Shown: positions 23,549 through 38,915 of the stretch, piece by piece | Layout: every line of letters starts with the position of its first letter | How positions within the stretch are numbered: the first letter of the stretch is position 1 | Assembly (NCBI GenBank): GCA_002104905.1 | Contig: MCFE01000095.1 | Span: 109,420-173,419 of the forward strand | DNA from: Basidiobolus meristosporus CBS 931.73 | Lineage: Eukaryota > Fungi > Basidiobolomycota | Direction of reading: 5' to 3' | DNA: 64,000 bases | Notes under the pieces: model-generated | The model's database searches: none | Told to the model about the DNA's origin: nothing | The model's input: the letters and a program-made list of their open reading frames with translations, nothing else | Position numbers and translations under genes: made by a program

Positions 23549-25565
23549 CTATTTGGGGAACCCAAAGGTCTTCTTACGGACAGACTTGTCAGGGGTAATG
23601 GGCCGACCAACGGTTTCTAGTCGCTTTTTCTTCTCCTCCAGATCCAATCTCTGCTTCTCCAATGTCTCCTTCATCTCTTTATGGCGTGAGTGAAGCTATT
23701 TGATACGATGTTCGAGTTAACTGGAAGTGGACGCGGTACTAAAGGAATTCTGGTGCCTCACCTCATCCTCAGTCTGCTTTAATTTGGCTTCTTTTTCTTG
23801 GACCTTTTGCTGGAAGACACTCATCATCTCACTCTCCATCTTTTTCATTTTAGCTTCATGGACCTTACGCTCCTCCTCCATCTTAGCCAAGGGGCTGAAA
23901 CATGCGGACCATTAATCCCTATGCATTGGACGGAACCCAGGAAACCAGACTTACTTGACTTCTTTGAACACCGAGTTGTCCTGCACGACGCCGAGTGACT
24001 CTAGTTTGGCGGTGCGATAGTTTTCGTATAGTATGGTGTTGGTGTATTCCCGTAGTTCCTCCAAGTGGGTCCTAAGCACCAGCAACGGGTTACTCACTAG
24101 TGAGACGAATGCGAAGATAATCTGGCGAAAAATCAATGCATGCATTACCTGATCAACATCTGGCGAAGCTTTACAAAATCGCAGTGGTCCTCGTTTTCAA
24201 CTGGAGAATTGAATGAACAGTCAGCAAATGGTCAGTAACCAGTCACTCCAAACTTTGTAACCTTCAATCACCCCCCAAGGATACTTGCGGCCACGAACAG
24301 CTTTGCCGTTGACCTCAATCTCCCTCTCACTGCCAACAATAGCAAAGGGGACTTTGTCCATGATCTCTTTGTTCTCAGCGATAGTCTCTGGGTCATCATG
24401 AATGTACGGTGACGGCTGGAAAATCTTGATCTTGTGATGCTGAATATCTTCAAGAATCTAGTAATCGGTAGACATGAGTTGACGGTGCACAGACGCCAAA
24501 GCACATGGGTAAACACCCTACCCGCTCCTTGAATGCCTTGATCTCGTCCTCGGTCAGAGTATCCGATTTGGCTATCACAGGAATGAGATTGACACGAGTG
24601 TGAAGACGGCGCATAAACTCGATGTCAAGTGGCTTCAAACTACAACTTCATGAGTTCCCGTTCAGCGGTTGATTAAAAAATAGGAGAACATACGCATGGC
24701 CCGTAGGGGAAATAAAGTAAATACAAGCATGAACACGGTTATCTTCCATTTTGCTGCGATTTGCGCTGCTCTCTCGCTCTAGGTATAGATCAAACCGTGC
24801 CTCAATATCCTCAAGGATGGGCTTCCAGCTTCGTAATGGTTATTCCATTGATGCCGAGGGGCCAGTTTGCGGCTAGGACCTTACCTTTCTTCGTTATTTA
24901 CGAAGTCGCCAAATCCCGGCGTATCGATAATAGTTAGTCCAAGCTTCACGCCATCCTCCACGAGCTCTTCGATTCCAAGTAAACAACGTTAATAGGCGTT
25001 CAGAGCCGATATCGTGAAATAGCCAACCAGCATTGTAGGATTGAATAGAAACAGTCTTGGGGTCGTCCAAAGAGAGGGGAACACTCTTCTTCTGTGGCAG
25101 TAAGGTCGAGTTCCACAAAGTGTTTACCAGGGTGGATTTACCCAGGCCAGACTCGCCTATATCGAACCAAAGTCAACACAGGATAGCCGGAGGGTGCTCG
25201 GCGAAAATAGTCACATCTTACCTACGACCATAAAAGTAAATTGAAAGCCCTTCTTCACGGATTTTCGATGGACTTGGTTGGGGAGGTTGGCAAAGCCAAC
25301 GTAATCGTTCAGTTCCTTCCTGAGAGGGCTCTAGAATAAGGGCTGCTTAGGAAGTGCCTTTTTGCGGCATGGTAGCTAGGGTGAATGTAGTAAACAACCT
25401 TAACACTCATTTGACGGTAGCTATTCGCAGCTTCGGTAGTGTCGGCTACTTCAAATGAAGGTATCAAATTGTTAGATTTGGGGTAGCAAAATGGGAAGGT
25501 TGGTAAATATGAAACTAACTCTTGATGAAAGAAACTAATCGTTCCGAGTCCAACTTACCAGTCAT
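23549..25565 (-). CDS. CDC3: Septin, CDC3/SEPT7-like, multi-exon
   Basis: Micro-exon ATGACTG then gtaagt. [32 protein letters not shown] (P-loop), [15 protein letters not shown], coiled-coil C-terminus ending KTFGFPK*. Confidence 0.9.
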
Positions 25566-26291
25566 AGTTGATATTTACGAGGCGTAGCTATTCTTGTGGG
25601 TGGAGAATAACAAGAGTCTATATACTCAGGCAACAAGAACAACTGTAATATGAAACGAAGTTTAGGAGGTGGATGTTGAAATAACTTAGCATTAAGGGTC
25701 ATTTTGAGGTTTGACAAGGCTGGTTTCAACGCAATAATGTTCTAGATAATATACAGCCAATCAGGATCCCTGAAAAGATCCACAAGTGGGGGTCGAGAAA
25801 TAACCGCAAATGCATGCTATCAAGGAATTAGTCCGTCGTTCATCTGATATGGCACTCAAGACGCGAGCTATCTTTTCAACGAGCCCGGGTGTTTCCACTG
25901 CACCACGTCCTTGGGGTCATTCCCCGTGCTTGTCTATCTGCCTTCATGATCTCCGTCACCTGGCTCTGATAGGGCGGTGTAAACACTATGATTCCTAATC
26001 GGACCTCCCCTGGAATGACCCAGAGACATCAGGGGCAAGAGGCTGCATTGGACAAAGCAAGTCAAGCAGCAGTCCACATCCATCTCTGCCATTTGATACC
26101 AGTGATCAGCCATTAGATGGAAATCAACGAAATTGGTCCGGCAACCCTGATTGGCCCCTGAGGAAAATCCATCGGATGCATTCAATCTGAACATATATTC
26201 TAACGCTTTATTTGCACCAAATTCCACATAAATTACACTATTGAATAGAGAATTCGGACAAAGATGGAGTGCTAATGCAAGGTCTAGTCAA

Positions 26292-26873
26292 CTATCCTTG
26301 ATAGCTGAATCCAGGAGCGAATGGGAGATACGGAGGATCTACCATGTCGAAACAGCCAGCTTTCCGCTGCGCAGTCTCAAACGCATCACAGGAGAAATCT
26401 TGGGCCTGGCCAATTCTCCACAGAGCCCAGGCGGTGCCACCAAACTGGCTCCAGTATGAATCGCATTTGTTGATATCGCCCCAGTTGTTTACGACGTTGC
26501 GTCGGGCAAATTCAGGACAGAGTCCATACATACATTGTCGGAACTCGTTCTCGCATTCAAACTTGGTGACCCCGCAGCGGCTATAGCACTGGTCGTGAAG
26601 GTCACAACACAGTGAAAATAAGCCTTGATCATTGGCCTTGATCATCCCGCAGCCGGCGTTTACACCACTTTGATACTGCACTGCATCCGGTACCTCTGGG
26701 CAAAACAAGGGGGGAAGGATGGTGGGGGTGAAGTTTCCAGAGAAGTCGGCCAGTCCGGTTAGCAAAGGATTTATGGGTGGGACTGGGATTTTGGGGTATA
26801 GCACTTCCATGTTCAGCGAGTGGGCCAAGCCGATTAGGGGACAAAGGTATGTCAATAGCTCTGTAAACTTCAT
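26292..26873 (-). CDS. Secreted phospholipase A2, group XII-like
   Basis: Signal-like MKFTELLTYLCPLIGLAHS. NAGCG loop and CCDLHDQCYSRCG..K..C...F..C with the His-Asp dyad intact. Intronless. Confidence 0.8.
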   Translation of the reverse strand: MKFTELLTYLCPLIGLAHSLNMEVLYPKIPVPPINPLLTGLADFSGNFTPTILPPLFCPEVPDAVQYQSGVNAGCGMIKANDQGLFSLCCDLHDQCYSRCGVTKFECENEFRQCMYGLCPEFARRNVVNNWGDINKCDSYWSQFGGTAWALWRIGQAQDFSCDAFETAQRKAGCFDMVDPPYLPFAPGFSYQG

Positions 26874-27239
26874 TTCAAAATGAGGCAAGGTGACTGCTGA
26901 ATCGCTGGACTGTACAACACCGACCGACAGAGGCTTAAATACTCGTGAGTTCTCCTTGAAACAAGGAGCCTAGCCCCGTTTTGTCAGATACATGATTCTG
27001 TAACAGTGTAATAGACACTCATGCGATAAGATTGAATATCCTCCTAGAACATGCAGAGTGTGGGCTATGCAGAATAACCCTCAATTCATCTGGAGTAATT
27101 TTCAGGCAGAATCGTGCGCGCTGATTCGAGATAGAAAATATTGATGCATTCGAAAAAAATTGATGGTTCCGATTTTTGTCATCGACACACCTGTGGTCAA
27201 GCAGAAGTACAAGCATCAGCTTTCAGAGCCGGCTTAACC

Positions 27240-28029
27240 ATGTCTCTATTTCGTGTTTCATTCTCGCTTACACAACAAGCACGTACCCAAACCTCCCTTT
27301 TGGGGTACAATATCAGTCGTACACTCTCTTCCTCTGCAAGATGTCAGAACGAAGGTAGCCTTCCTTCTATTTGGTTTTATTACATGCCAAAGATGTTTGG
27401 ACTAAATTCACAGTTTCAGACGCTTCCAAATTTGAGCTTACAAACCTTGCCAAGCGCTTCTTGCCTAAAGATGTAAGCAACAGTCGCCTTGTCATTATGC
27501 TACTCCTTCTCATGTCTCAACTTGTGTAGACTTATGCGCCCTCGGATTTTAACGAAAACATTCCTCGCAACCGTTCCCGTAGAAAGGGTCAAAACGACCC
27601 CTTCCGCCAGCTTCACCTGAATCCCTTGAGCGAATACAAGGTATCTTGCAAACTGCGGCACGTGTTGTTGCTCAGCTGGTGACTCATAAAGTACACTCCT
27701 CTTACAGAATACCACTCTGTTGTCCAACTATGTTTCCCAAATGGGTAGAATCCTTCCAAGAACTGCCACTGGTATTTGTCGCTTCTAGTCGAACGTTTTT
27801 GCTTTTCTCTAACGCCGGGGTACCCTTTTTGAATTCAGGTCTTAGCGCCAAAAGTCAGCGCAAAGTAGGGAAAGCAATTCGAAGAGCTAGAGCTATGGGT
27901 ACTTTGGTTACTTTGTGTGGGTGGTTAGTCAGACACAATACTGATTTTTCTATCGACTTAGGTTTGATGCCTGTTACTTGGAAGCAAGCACCCCTTTTTG
28001 AATTTGGCAACCGCTCCAATCGCATGTAA
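27240..28029 (+). CDS. RSM18: Mitochondrial ribosomal protein S18 (bS18m), about 6 exons
   Basis: Presequence-like N-terminus. NPLSEYK/NTTLLSNYVSQMGRILPR..TG/LSAKSQRKVGKAIRRARAMG/LMP is the S18 signature. Confidence 0.88.
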
Positions 28030-28503
28030 AATCTAGAATTGCATTCAAAAGTCCTCAACCATGGCTTTCCTTTCTTTCTTTCTATCTCATTTACCGTGAC
28101 AAAATGAAGCAGAGCACTCGTCTTGGGGTGGCCCTCTCTTCTTGATCAATAAAGCATACATGACACATAATATATTGCCCGCTTGACTGTTGTCGTCGAA
28201 GCTCGCCTTTCAGGCAGTTTCCTGAATGTTTCTCAGCCCATGTCAGGACTCGGAATTGTGTGGCCACTGCAAGTTGCACGTTGTGAATCGCATCAACCAC
28301 TCCCACCGATGGATGAGCCAAAACAAATCAGCTAGCAGTAGCATTGACTTAGAGTTTCATGCAAGAGTTAACAGTGTATCACTCAAATAGTGGGCCATAA
28401 TGATGGTCCCTATTTCCCCAAAACACATTAATTGTTGGCATTTTCTCCACTTCCATTCCAAACCTCCTTGTATTGCAATTCGAGTCAGCTTCGATTTGCC
28501 AAA

Positions 28504-30769
<2,266 letters not shown>

Positions 30770-31223
30770 GCAGTGTGCCCCGTATTTACGTAGAGTTGGC
30801 CAATTGCTTTAGTAATTCACTTGACGTCTTCCTTCAGAGCATCCATGAGCTCCAATCCTATGCATCTTGGCCACTAGCTTTCATTGATTTCTTAGTCCAC
30901 CATCTGCGTCCTACAACATTAATTTTCTTGTAACATCTATTTTGCTACAAATATATCTTTTACTTGTCCCGAGTCTCGACAGTTTACCCCAGAAGTGTAT
31001 GTTTTCATGGAAACTGTGGTATTCCAAGTTGAGAAAATGGCTCCGCTCCTAGAAATCGAACAACCAACCCTAGACAGCCAACCACCTATTGAACCAGGAA
31101 ATCTTGGTTGTCATCACCACCAAATCCCCAGTGAGGAAATCAGATGCAGAACAGGATCGTCCCAGCGTACATTGCTTAAACAAATGGTGGATGTTTATTT
31201 CGAATTTGATACAAAACAGAAAA

Positions 31224-32141
31224 TTAGGCAGAGCCAGCCAATTGTCTCTCTCTTCTGCGGTCACGCTCTTCAGTGATGGTAAGTTTGACACCCTTGTTCT
31301 TGGGGAGACTGACCCAAGGCTTGTTGCTCTCACCAATGACAAACACGTTGGACAAACGGGTGGCGAATTGACGGTCCAAAACGTCCTTAACGTGAACAAT
31401 GTCGAAGCCACCATGATGCTTCTCACGATGGGTGATGACACCAACACGACCCATGTTACGTCCACCGGTGATCATAGCAACGTTTCCAACATCGAACTTG
31501 ACGAAGTCGGTCATCTTTCCGGTCTCAAGGTCAAGCTTGACAGTGTCGTTGGCCTTGACAAGGGGGTCGGGGTAACGAAGGGTACGTCCATCGTGGGTGA
31601 TGACGAAGGGAATACCCTTAGCACCGATTTGGACCTTCTTGACCTTGCAGAGCTTATATCCAGCCTCCTCAGCAGAGATTCTATGAACAGTGAAACGGCC
31701 CTTGGTATCATAAACAAGGCGGAAGTGTTCACCGGTTTGCTCAATGCTGATAACATCCATGAAACCAGAAGGATAGGTGGTGTCGGTTCTGACTTTTCCG
31801 TCAACCTTGACGAGGCGTTGCATAAGAATGCTTTGGACCTCCTTCTTGGTAAGAGCGTACTTGAGTCTGTTTCTCAAGAAGATGACCAAAGGCAAGCATT
31901 CACGGAGCTTGTGAGGACCAGCAGAAGGTCTAGGGGCATAGGTGCCGGTAAGTTTGTCCAACATCCAATGCTTGGGGGCATTGAGACGCTTCAAATGCTT
32001 CTTAGGTCCGCGAGCCTAGAGATAGCATGGAAATCGTTAATTGTAGCACATCGTGGTATTTGTATCGGACACACATGAATCATCCATCCATTGATGCTAT
32101 CTCGGTTGTGTTGATACTAATTACTAACTTATACATACCAT
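31224..32141 (-). CDS. RPS4: 40S ribosomal protein eS4; ATG-only first exon, intron 32016-32138
   Basis: [22 protein letters not shown]...[11 protein letters not shown]. The ATG at 32141 is followed by a gtatgt donor and a tctctag acceptor. Confidence 0.98.
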
Positions 32142-32681
32142 GGTGGACAAATTAAATATAGAACCAAGGGAAAAGGAAGGTTAATCAACAACAAGCAAAG
32201 ACTTTTAAGCTACATCGATGATAAATTTCGAATCTACCGCTTCATCTATGCTCTCATTGGCCCATCCTTAATTTTCTCCTTTTTTTATGATTCAACTTAT
32301 GATTCAATTTTCATTGACCAGTTTCGTCCTGGGTTTAAACGGGATTCCGCTTACCTGTTTAAATCTCTGGTCCGTTGGTGCAGTTCATTAGTGTGCCACC
32401 TCAACAGCAACATGAGATAGCCTAGCATGGGTGTCTCTGCTGTTCTTTCGAGACAAAGCCAACATCGCCATCCCTACAGAACATCAGAGCCAATATCGCA
32501 TTATTATTGTTGGGACCAAGTCTTTATTTCTAATTCGTGGGATTTAAACCAAATGAATGCAGGGTAAACAGAATCAAATATGAACCATAACTTGTACAAA
32601 TGAGGTGAATCGAGTAATGTCCGTATGAGCCGAATAATATATGCTCAATGAATAGTCCTTTCATACTGGTCATGGAGATAT

Positions 32682-35600
32682 TTACAAATCGTGGAAGTCG
32701 CTTCCTTGGATGGTGGCCTTGATGTACTTCTTTCGGATGACGAAGTCTCCGAATTTCTCTCCATCCTCACGCTCCAATGCGTAGTGCTTGATGAGCGGGG
32801 TTAGCACTTGGATGATCTCTTCTTCTTGGATGGACTCCTTGTACAGTTTGTTGAGGCGTTGTCCTGCATGACCACCACCGAGGTAGAGATTGTATGTTCC
32901 GGGCGCTTTGCCAACAAATGCGATCTCGGCCACATACGGACGGGCGCAGCCGTTGGGACATCCAGTCATACGAATTGTAATAGAGTCGTCGCGAAGCCCT
33001 GCCTCCTCAATCACTTTATCAACCTTCGTAATCAAAGACGGCAGGTAACGCTCACTCTCAGCCATCGCCAAACCGCATGTGGGCAATGCAACACATGCCA
33101 TGGAGCCGAGGCGTAAGCCACTATGGTTCACATTGTCCAGATTGTATTGACGAAGTAGCTCCTTCATCTTGGGTAGCTCCTCGTCGGTCACTCCGGCGAG
33201 GATCAGATTCTGGTTGGGAGTAATGCGGAACAGTCCCTTGTGTGCCTTGGCAATCTCTCTCAAGCCAGTCTTCCACATAAAGTCAGGGGTGTCCTTGATT
33301 CTGCCGTTCTCCAGGAACATGCCGAATTGCCAAGTGCCTGTATCATCCCTTCTCCATCCGTAGCGGTCACCATTATGGGCAAACTCGTAGGGGCGAGCAG
33401 GCTGCAATTTGTAGCCGAGACGCTCCTCTACCTCGCCTCGGAACCAGTCCAGGCCACGGTCGTCAATGGTGTACTTGAGACGAGCATGCTTACGGTTGGT
33501 ACGAACCCCGTAATCTCTTTGTACAAGCATAACCTTCTCTCCAACTTCGATGGCTTGCTCGGGTGTGCAGAAGCCCATAACCTCGGCAAGGCGGGGGAAA
33601 GTCTTCTTGTTGTTGTGAGTCATACCCATACCACCACCAACTGTCACATTGTAACCTAGAAGCTTGCCATCCTCAATGATCGCGATGTAGCCAAGGCAGT
33701 GGGCGAAGACATCGACATCGTTGCTTGGGGGAATGGCAACGGCAATCTTGAACTTACGAGGAAGATAGGTGGGTCCGTACAGTGGCTCATAATCCTGGAT
33801 GGCGTTTCCGCCAACAACGGAATCCGAAAGCCAGATTTCATGGTATGCCGAGGTTTGGGGAAGCAGGTGCTCACTGAGGTTCTTGGAGAACTCGAAGACT
33901 TCACGATGAACAGGAGTAGAGTCCGGGTTGGGCGAGCACATAACATTACGATTCACATCACCACATGCAGCAAGGGTATCCATCAGTGCCTTGTTGATGT
34001 CCCGAATGCTATTTTTCAAGTTTCTCTTTAGAACTCCGTGAAGCTGGAAGGTTTGACGAGTGGTCAACTTCAATGTGCCATTGGCTAGGTCGGTTGCAAT
34101 ATCATCCATCGCCAACCATTGCTCGGGAGTGGCGATTCCACCGGGAAGACGGACTCGGACCATGAAAGAGTATGCTTTTTCAAGTCCCTGTTTTTGACGC
34201 TCTTCGCGTAAATCGCGATCATCCTGTTGGTAAATTCCGTGGAATTTGGTCAACTTAGTATCAGTCTCACACAAGGCACCAGTCGAAGTATCGGCAAGTC
34301 CTTCCGCAATGCTACCACGAAGGAAATTGCTTCCGGTTTTCATCTGGTCATCAGTGATCGTAGGCTCCTCAGCTGGCCCAGCACCCTCGATGATATTCAC
34401 CCCGAGAGCCTCCCACAGCTTAGGCTCCCATTCTTGATAGCCGGTCTCGAAACCATCTGCATCTTGATCATCACCAAGTCCAAGTGGAGCAAATCTGACG
34501 GCGCCAAGCTCGAAGAGTCTGTTGTTGACATCCTTGGCTGGCTTGTTGTAGAAAATGTGGTCTTCAGGACGAGGCCAGTAGTGGCTATCACCGAGACCAA
34601 ATACTGAGAAGTTGGTATCCTTGAGTGCTAAATCAGTGGAGGAAAGGACCTTCCAGAATTCTCTGCCGTTTGTAGGGAATTCACCTTGCCCAGCGGTGGA
34701 GATGATGAACACAACATTAGTTTCGAGACCAAGGTCCTCAGCTGGGAACTCGTCCATTCCAAGAATGCGGGAGTTCATGCCACGACATTTGGCGTTTCTG
34801 TCGAGACGCTTTGCCAGGGTAGCAGCGTTTCCTCCGTCGGATGATACAAGGATAAGAAGCGGTGGGCCATTCAACCCGTTGAGAAGCTTACTGAATGCGG
34901 ACTTTGCTTCCTTCACAAGGGAAGTGTGGCGCTCACGGATCTCGTGTTCAACCGAGGACTCCAATGATTTCGCCAAGATGGGTTTAGCATTAGCCAAGAT
35001 GTTAAGTTGATTCTCACGGGCCAGGAATTTTTGAAGATCCGCTTTGATTTTCTCGGAGTCCAAGATGAACGAATCCAGGCCTTGCTTTTCCAAGCTGGGG
35101 TTCCAACGGTACAAGGGCCAGTATCCGGTATCAACGGCTAGCTTGGTTTCTTTGAGGACGGTGATTGGGTTACGTCCCTTCTCACCTTCCTCACTGTTGA
35201 TGGGCATGTACGCTAGGACAACTGAAGGGCCATCGTATGCCTCCGCTTCCATGAGAGCATGGAGGACCTGAGTGTACGAAGAATACACAGCAACAGAAGC
35301 TACATAGACTTTGCCATAATTCATGGCGTAGAGGCCGATGTCCTTCTTACGCTTCTCCGCAACCCATCTGTCTTTCTCAGTGTATGGTGTTGTGTCTACA
35401 ATGAGCATGTTGACATTCTCTCCGGAAGAGATAACGTGATGCACTCCACTATTTCCAATATCAAACGCCCATTCATCAGATCCAACCAGCCAGCTGGCAG
35501 GCTTGGAAAGCTGCTGGGATTGTTGGTAGTTGTACACTTCCTCCAAAACAGCGTGCTTGCTATGCTCAGCCTCGAGAAGAGGCTTTAGAGATTGGGCAAT

Positions 35601-37151
35601 CTTCTTGGATTCCCCAGAATCGTTGCGATGTAAAACCCAACTGGTAAGGGCAACATGCAATTCCTCCGAGATTGCGACTGAGTTATCTTTGAGCAAGGAG
35701 GTGACTTTTTCGGCCAAACGAGTGCGTTCTTGGATTTCAGCTACAATGACACCAAAACCAAACTCGGGACTGCTGGTTGGTACAGTCGAGGTGGCAGACC
35801 AAACGGAGGCGGATCTGGATGCATTCACAACTCTCAAACGTTCACCAAACAAGTGAGAAAGGAGTTTCAGGTAAGGTAATTCAGCAGCGTTTTCAGGCAG
35901 GTTCGCCCAACCCGATTGTTCAGCTGAGATTTGGCTTTCCTTGACAACGCCGTTTTGCTGTTTAGCACCAAGTTGGAAGTGGCTGGCAGAGTCCCTAGAT
36001 TGCAGAGTGTCTACCAGGCCGTTCACCATATCTGCGGTGAAGTCTCTCAACGGGCCACCGTAGTGGCCAGAGATTATGTGTGGGGATGTGCTATTCCATT
36101 GAGCACTTTGGAAGCAAGTGGTGGTGTCCAAGAAGAGGGGGCCCCAGATGTTCGAGGAGTCTGACGATTGTTCAAGAACCGCGATTTTCTTAATGTTCTT
36201 TGGCACCAATCCGAGGAAATCGGCCTCGGCCCAAGGTCTGAAGAGGTAAACTTTGACGAGGCCAAACTTTTCTTGGGCAGAAAGCTTGATGAGACCATCC
36301 TCCACAACGCTTACACTGGCACCCAGAGCAACGATTGCTAGCTCGGCCTCTGGATTTCCCGAGTACGTGATTGGAGAATACGACTTGTTGAAAGTTGCCT
36401 CAAGGGAAGCCATGAGATTGGTGACAGTCTCTAGAACCTCGCTTTGATTGATGACAGCACGAGAAGCGTTGTAACTCTTGACTGGAGATGAGCTCTCGGC
36501 AATCTCAGACTCGGATTCGGCCACTTGGTCGTTGGATTCGGCAACAGGCTCGACTATCAATTCGGTTAAACTGGCAAGTACATCATCCGCAAGCAAATCG
36601 ACACTTGAGTTCTTGTGTGACAGGTGTTGACTATCGAAGAAATGAATGAAGGGTATTTTGGATTTAAGCGAAGACAAGTAAGCGATGACAGATAAATTGT
36701 AGCAGTCTTGAACAGTGTGGGATCCCAGCATAGCAACACCAGTGTCCCTGACAGCCATCAAATCAGAATAATCACCAAATGGAGAAGCGCCGAGAACGTC
36801 ACGGCTTTCAGCTGCAACATGAAGAACGGCAGGAACCCGTTCGGAAGAGAGTTGATAAAGGAAGGGGATCAATCTAAGAAGATTCTTGGAGGAGGTATAC
36901 AACGATACTCTAGAATGCTTTTTGCTCAAGTTGCGGTACTCAGCAGCAATGTCTCCGGTTGATTGAACAAGAACGACCTCCGGGGAAACACCGGTAATGT
37001 TGTTGACCTGCTTCTGAATCAAATCCTCAATACCAGTGTAGAAACTGGGCTTCTCCTTGGTGCTCTGAACTACCAAAATCGCATCACTAAAAGCGTATGC
37101 AATACGAGAAGCAGCGGATTCTCCGCTGAACACATTTTCGAGGCCAGGCAT
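32682..37151 (-). CDS. MET5: Sulfite reductase (NADPH) beta/hemoprotein subunit, fungal Met5/Cys-4 type, 1489 aa, intronless
   Basis: PFOR-like N-terminal domains, TPP-like domain ([22 protein letters not shown]), flavodoxin (SSDGGNA, STAGQGE, GLGDSHY), and siroheme/4Fe-4S motifs [12 protein letters not shown] and [11 protein letters not shown]. Confidence 0.96.
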   Translation of the reverse strand: MPGLENVFSGESAASRIAYAFSDAILVVQSTKEKPSFYTGIEDLIQKQVNNITGVSPEVVLVQSTGDIAAEYRNLSKKHSRVSLYTSSKNLLRLIPFLYQLSSERVPAVLHVAAESRDVLGASPFGDYSDLMAVRDTGVAMLGSHTVQDCYNLSVIAYLSSLKSKIPFIHFFDSQHLSHKNSSVDLLADDVLASLTELIVEPVAESNDQVAESESEIAESSSPVKSYNASRAVINQSEVLETVTNLMASLEATFNKSYSPITYSGNPEAELAIVALGASVSVVEDGLIKLSAQEKFGLVKVYLFRPWAEADFLGLVPKNIKKIAVLEQSSDSSNIWGPLFLDTTTCFQSAQWNSTSPHIISGHYGGPLRDFTADMVNGLVDTLQSRDSASHFQLGAKQQNGVVKESQISAEQSGWANLPENAAELPYLKLLSHLFGERLRVVNASRSASVWSATSTVPTSSPEFGFGVIVAEIQERTRLAEKVTSLLKDNSVAISEELHVALTSWVLHRNDSGESKKIAQSLKPLLEAEHSKHAVLEEVYNYQQSQQLSKPASWLVGSDEWAFDIGNSGVHHVISSGENVNMLIVDTTPYTEKDRWVAEKRKKDIGLYAMNYGKVYVASVAVYSSYTQVLHALMEAEAYDGPSVVLAYMPINSEEGEKGRNPITVLKETKLAVDTGYWPLYRWNPSLEKQGLDSFILDSEKIKADLQKFLARENQLNILANAKPILAKSLESSVEHEIRERHTSLVKEAKSAFSKLLNGLNGPPLLILVSSDGGNAATLAKRLDRNAKCRGMNSRILGMDEFPAEDLGLETNVVFIISTAGQGEFPTNGREFWKVLSSTDLALKDTNFSVFGLGDSHYWPRPEDHIFYNKPAKDVNNRLFELGAVRFAPLGLGDDQDADGFETGYQEWEPKLWEALGVNIIEGAGPAEEPTITDDQMKTGSNFLRGSIAEGLADTSTGALCETDTKLTKFHGIYQQDDRDLREERQKQGLEKAYSFMVRVRLPGGIATPEQWLAMDDIATDLANGTLKLTTRQTFQLHGVLKRNLKNSIRDINKALMDTLAACGDVNRNVMCSPNPDSTPVHREVFEFSKNLSEHLLPQTSAYHEIWLSDSVVGGNAIQDYEPLYGPTYLPRKFKIAVAIPPSNDVDVFAHCLGYIAIIEDGKLLGYNVTVGGGMGMTHNNKKTFPRLAEVMGFCTPEQAIEVGEKVMLVQRDYGVRTNRKHARLKYTIDDRGLDWFRGEVEERLGYKLQPARPYEFAHNGDRYGWRRDDTGTWQFGMFLENGRIKDTPDFMWKTGLREIAKAHKGLFRITPNQNLILAGVTDEELPKMKELLRQYNLDNVNHSGLRLGSMACVALPTCGLAMAESERYLPSLITKVDKVIEEAGLRDDSITIRMTGCPNGCARPYVAEIAFVGKAPGTYNLYLGGGHAGQRLNKLYKESIQEEEIIQVLTPLIKHYALEREDGEKFGDFVIRKKYIKATIQGSDFHDL

Positions 37152-38915
37152 TTTTGATGAAGGCTAGACGATTGTCTTGAGAGGAAATTCAAAAAACACC
37201 AGTGGAAAGTAGAAGTACACGGAGATTGGGAAAGAACACGCCTCGAGAGCCGAAGATTGCGAATGAAAGGCCCACGCTGGTCTGTATTGACTGAACGGGG
37301 AATGCGGGATGCAACTTTATATTGAACTCTCTGCCACCCTATATTCCCAATTCAGGATGAGTCGACGATTTTTTTGTATGGAGGCAGTCTTCAATTTCGA
37401 ATCACGCAATTGAGTGGCAACATGGCAGCATGATCCTTAGGATATGTGTCCCCCACCTTAATTCTCAAAATATTGGAATCCAATGCCCATACCATTTGCG
37501 CGAAAGCGTGGTGTTTGTATATTTACTGTAACAATGATAAACTGCATTCACTGATTTATCGTATTAAATCCCGAGGCCCCGCTAAGTTGTTTATGCCCTG
37601 AATCTCTCGGCCAGCTTGACGAAACACGACTGTCGAAACAAAACGTCAGATCATGTTGCTCCTTCTCGGGACACCCATTGGATATCCTCGTTGAGGTAAC
37701 AGTACACCTGACTCAAGATCACGCAAACACACACCATCTCTGAACATGATTGCACCATCGCTTAGGAACTACTGACTTAATATTCAATCTTAATGCTGTT
37801 TGGCTATTTACCAAGGCTGGTAGCGCAAAGTATCAAATAAGTAGCTGACTGTGATTGTTTATCCATGGGCTCCTTATTTGGAAGGCGCATCCTGTTGTCC
37901 ATGTTGCTCGTACTATTGAGCAGCATTTATCGGTTTGTACTCTAAACATCACCAGGGCATTTAAAGCATCACTCCAATGTTTCGTAAACTCCACAACAAC
38001 GCAGATGGTTTACAAGTTGGGCTAAAATTTATCGAATCTTGATTATCACTCTGGATTCTTAATCCCGGATTTATTTATCTCCGAGAAATTCCTAATCGAG
38101 AAAAATGCCATTTCGAGCAGGTATACACACATCTTCCCCGTACTTGATTGGACGGACATGATGAGTTGTTCGCAGAGACTGGTGGAAATCGAAGTAGTGT
38201 CACTAGTTGAGTGGCCGTTGAGCATGATAAAATAGCTTACAAATGAGGCTTGCTTTCAAACCAAGCAGCTTTCAGAACCCTCATGACCAGACCAGCTTGA
38301 AACCAAGCTGGCTTGGCCAACAGCCACTGCCAACGGAGTTTGCCATTACCAATCGAGCAAACATTGGTGTGACTTTTTTGTGACTAGAAGGCCATTGACT
38401 ATATTGGTCCTTGGGTCCATTATCAATCCGATTGCCACGTCTCCGTTTGGTAGGTGGGGTGGTAGGTATCCCATCCATGGCATGGACCATGTCCACAACC
38501 CTCCAACTGCTTGGCGAAACCTCGATTGGAACTCAAGTGGCGACTACCGCAGCCATCGATGGAATGGAATTTCCAATCCCAAGCACCGAATGTTCTTGAA
38601 TGAATCCATCCTGACTGGGTGCTCGACCATTCTTGGAATGGGATTTTAAAGTATCTTTAGCTTTCACCTGACAAATGGAGTCAAGTGAGATAGGCGATCC
38701 TGATGGGATGGGACCTCATTCATTTTATACATTTAACCAAAAGCCCGGGTTACCGAAGAATGCTTCACGGCACTCGCATGGGATGTGAAAATTGGGAATG
38801 TCAACAAACAGGGATACTTGGCAATGATGGCAGAAACATTACTACACATAACAAAACATGGTGGGTCGGGGGCAAAGGGTTGGGCTATATAGGCGAACCC
38901 TTAGCGCACGTCAAA

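Noticed and set aside
31089-32078. 329-aa plus-strand ORF overlapping RPS4
   Set aside because: Antisense shadow of a strongly codon-biased ribosomal protein gene. The same applies to the many antisense ORFs over MET5, pol and the SMP gene.
32016-32138. Possible intronic snoRNA in RPS4
   Set aside because: Only a partial box C-like ATGATT, with no box D (CTGA) or terminal stem.
32682-37151. Large intronless PFOR-flavodoxin-sulfite reductase fusion as a bacterial HGT or novel fusion
   Set aside because: This is the standard architecture of fungal Met5/Cys-4.
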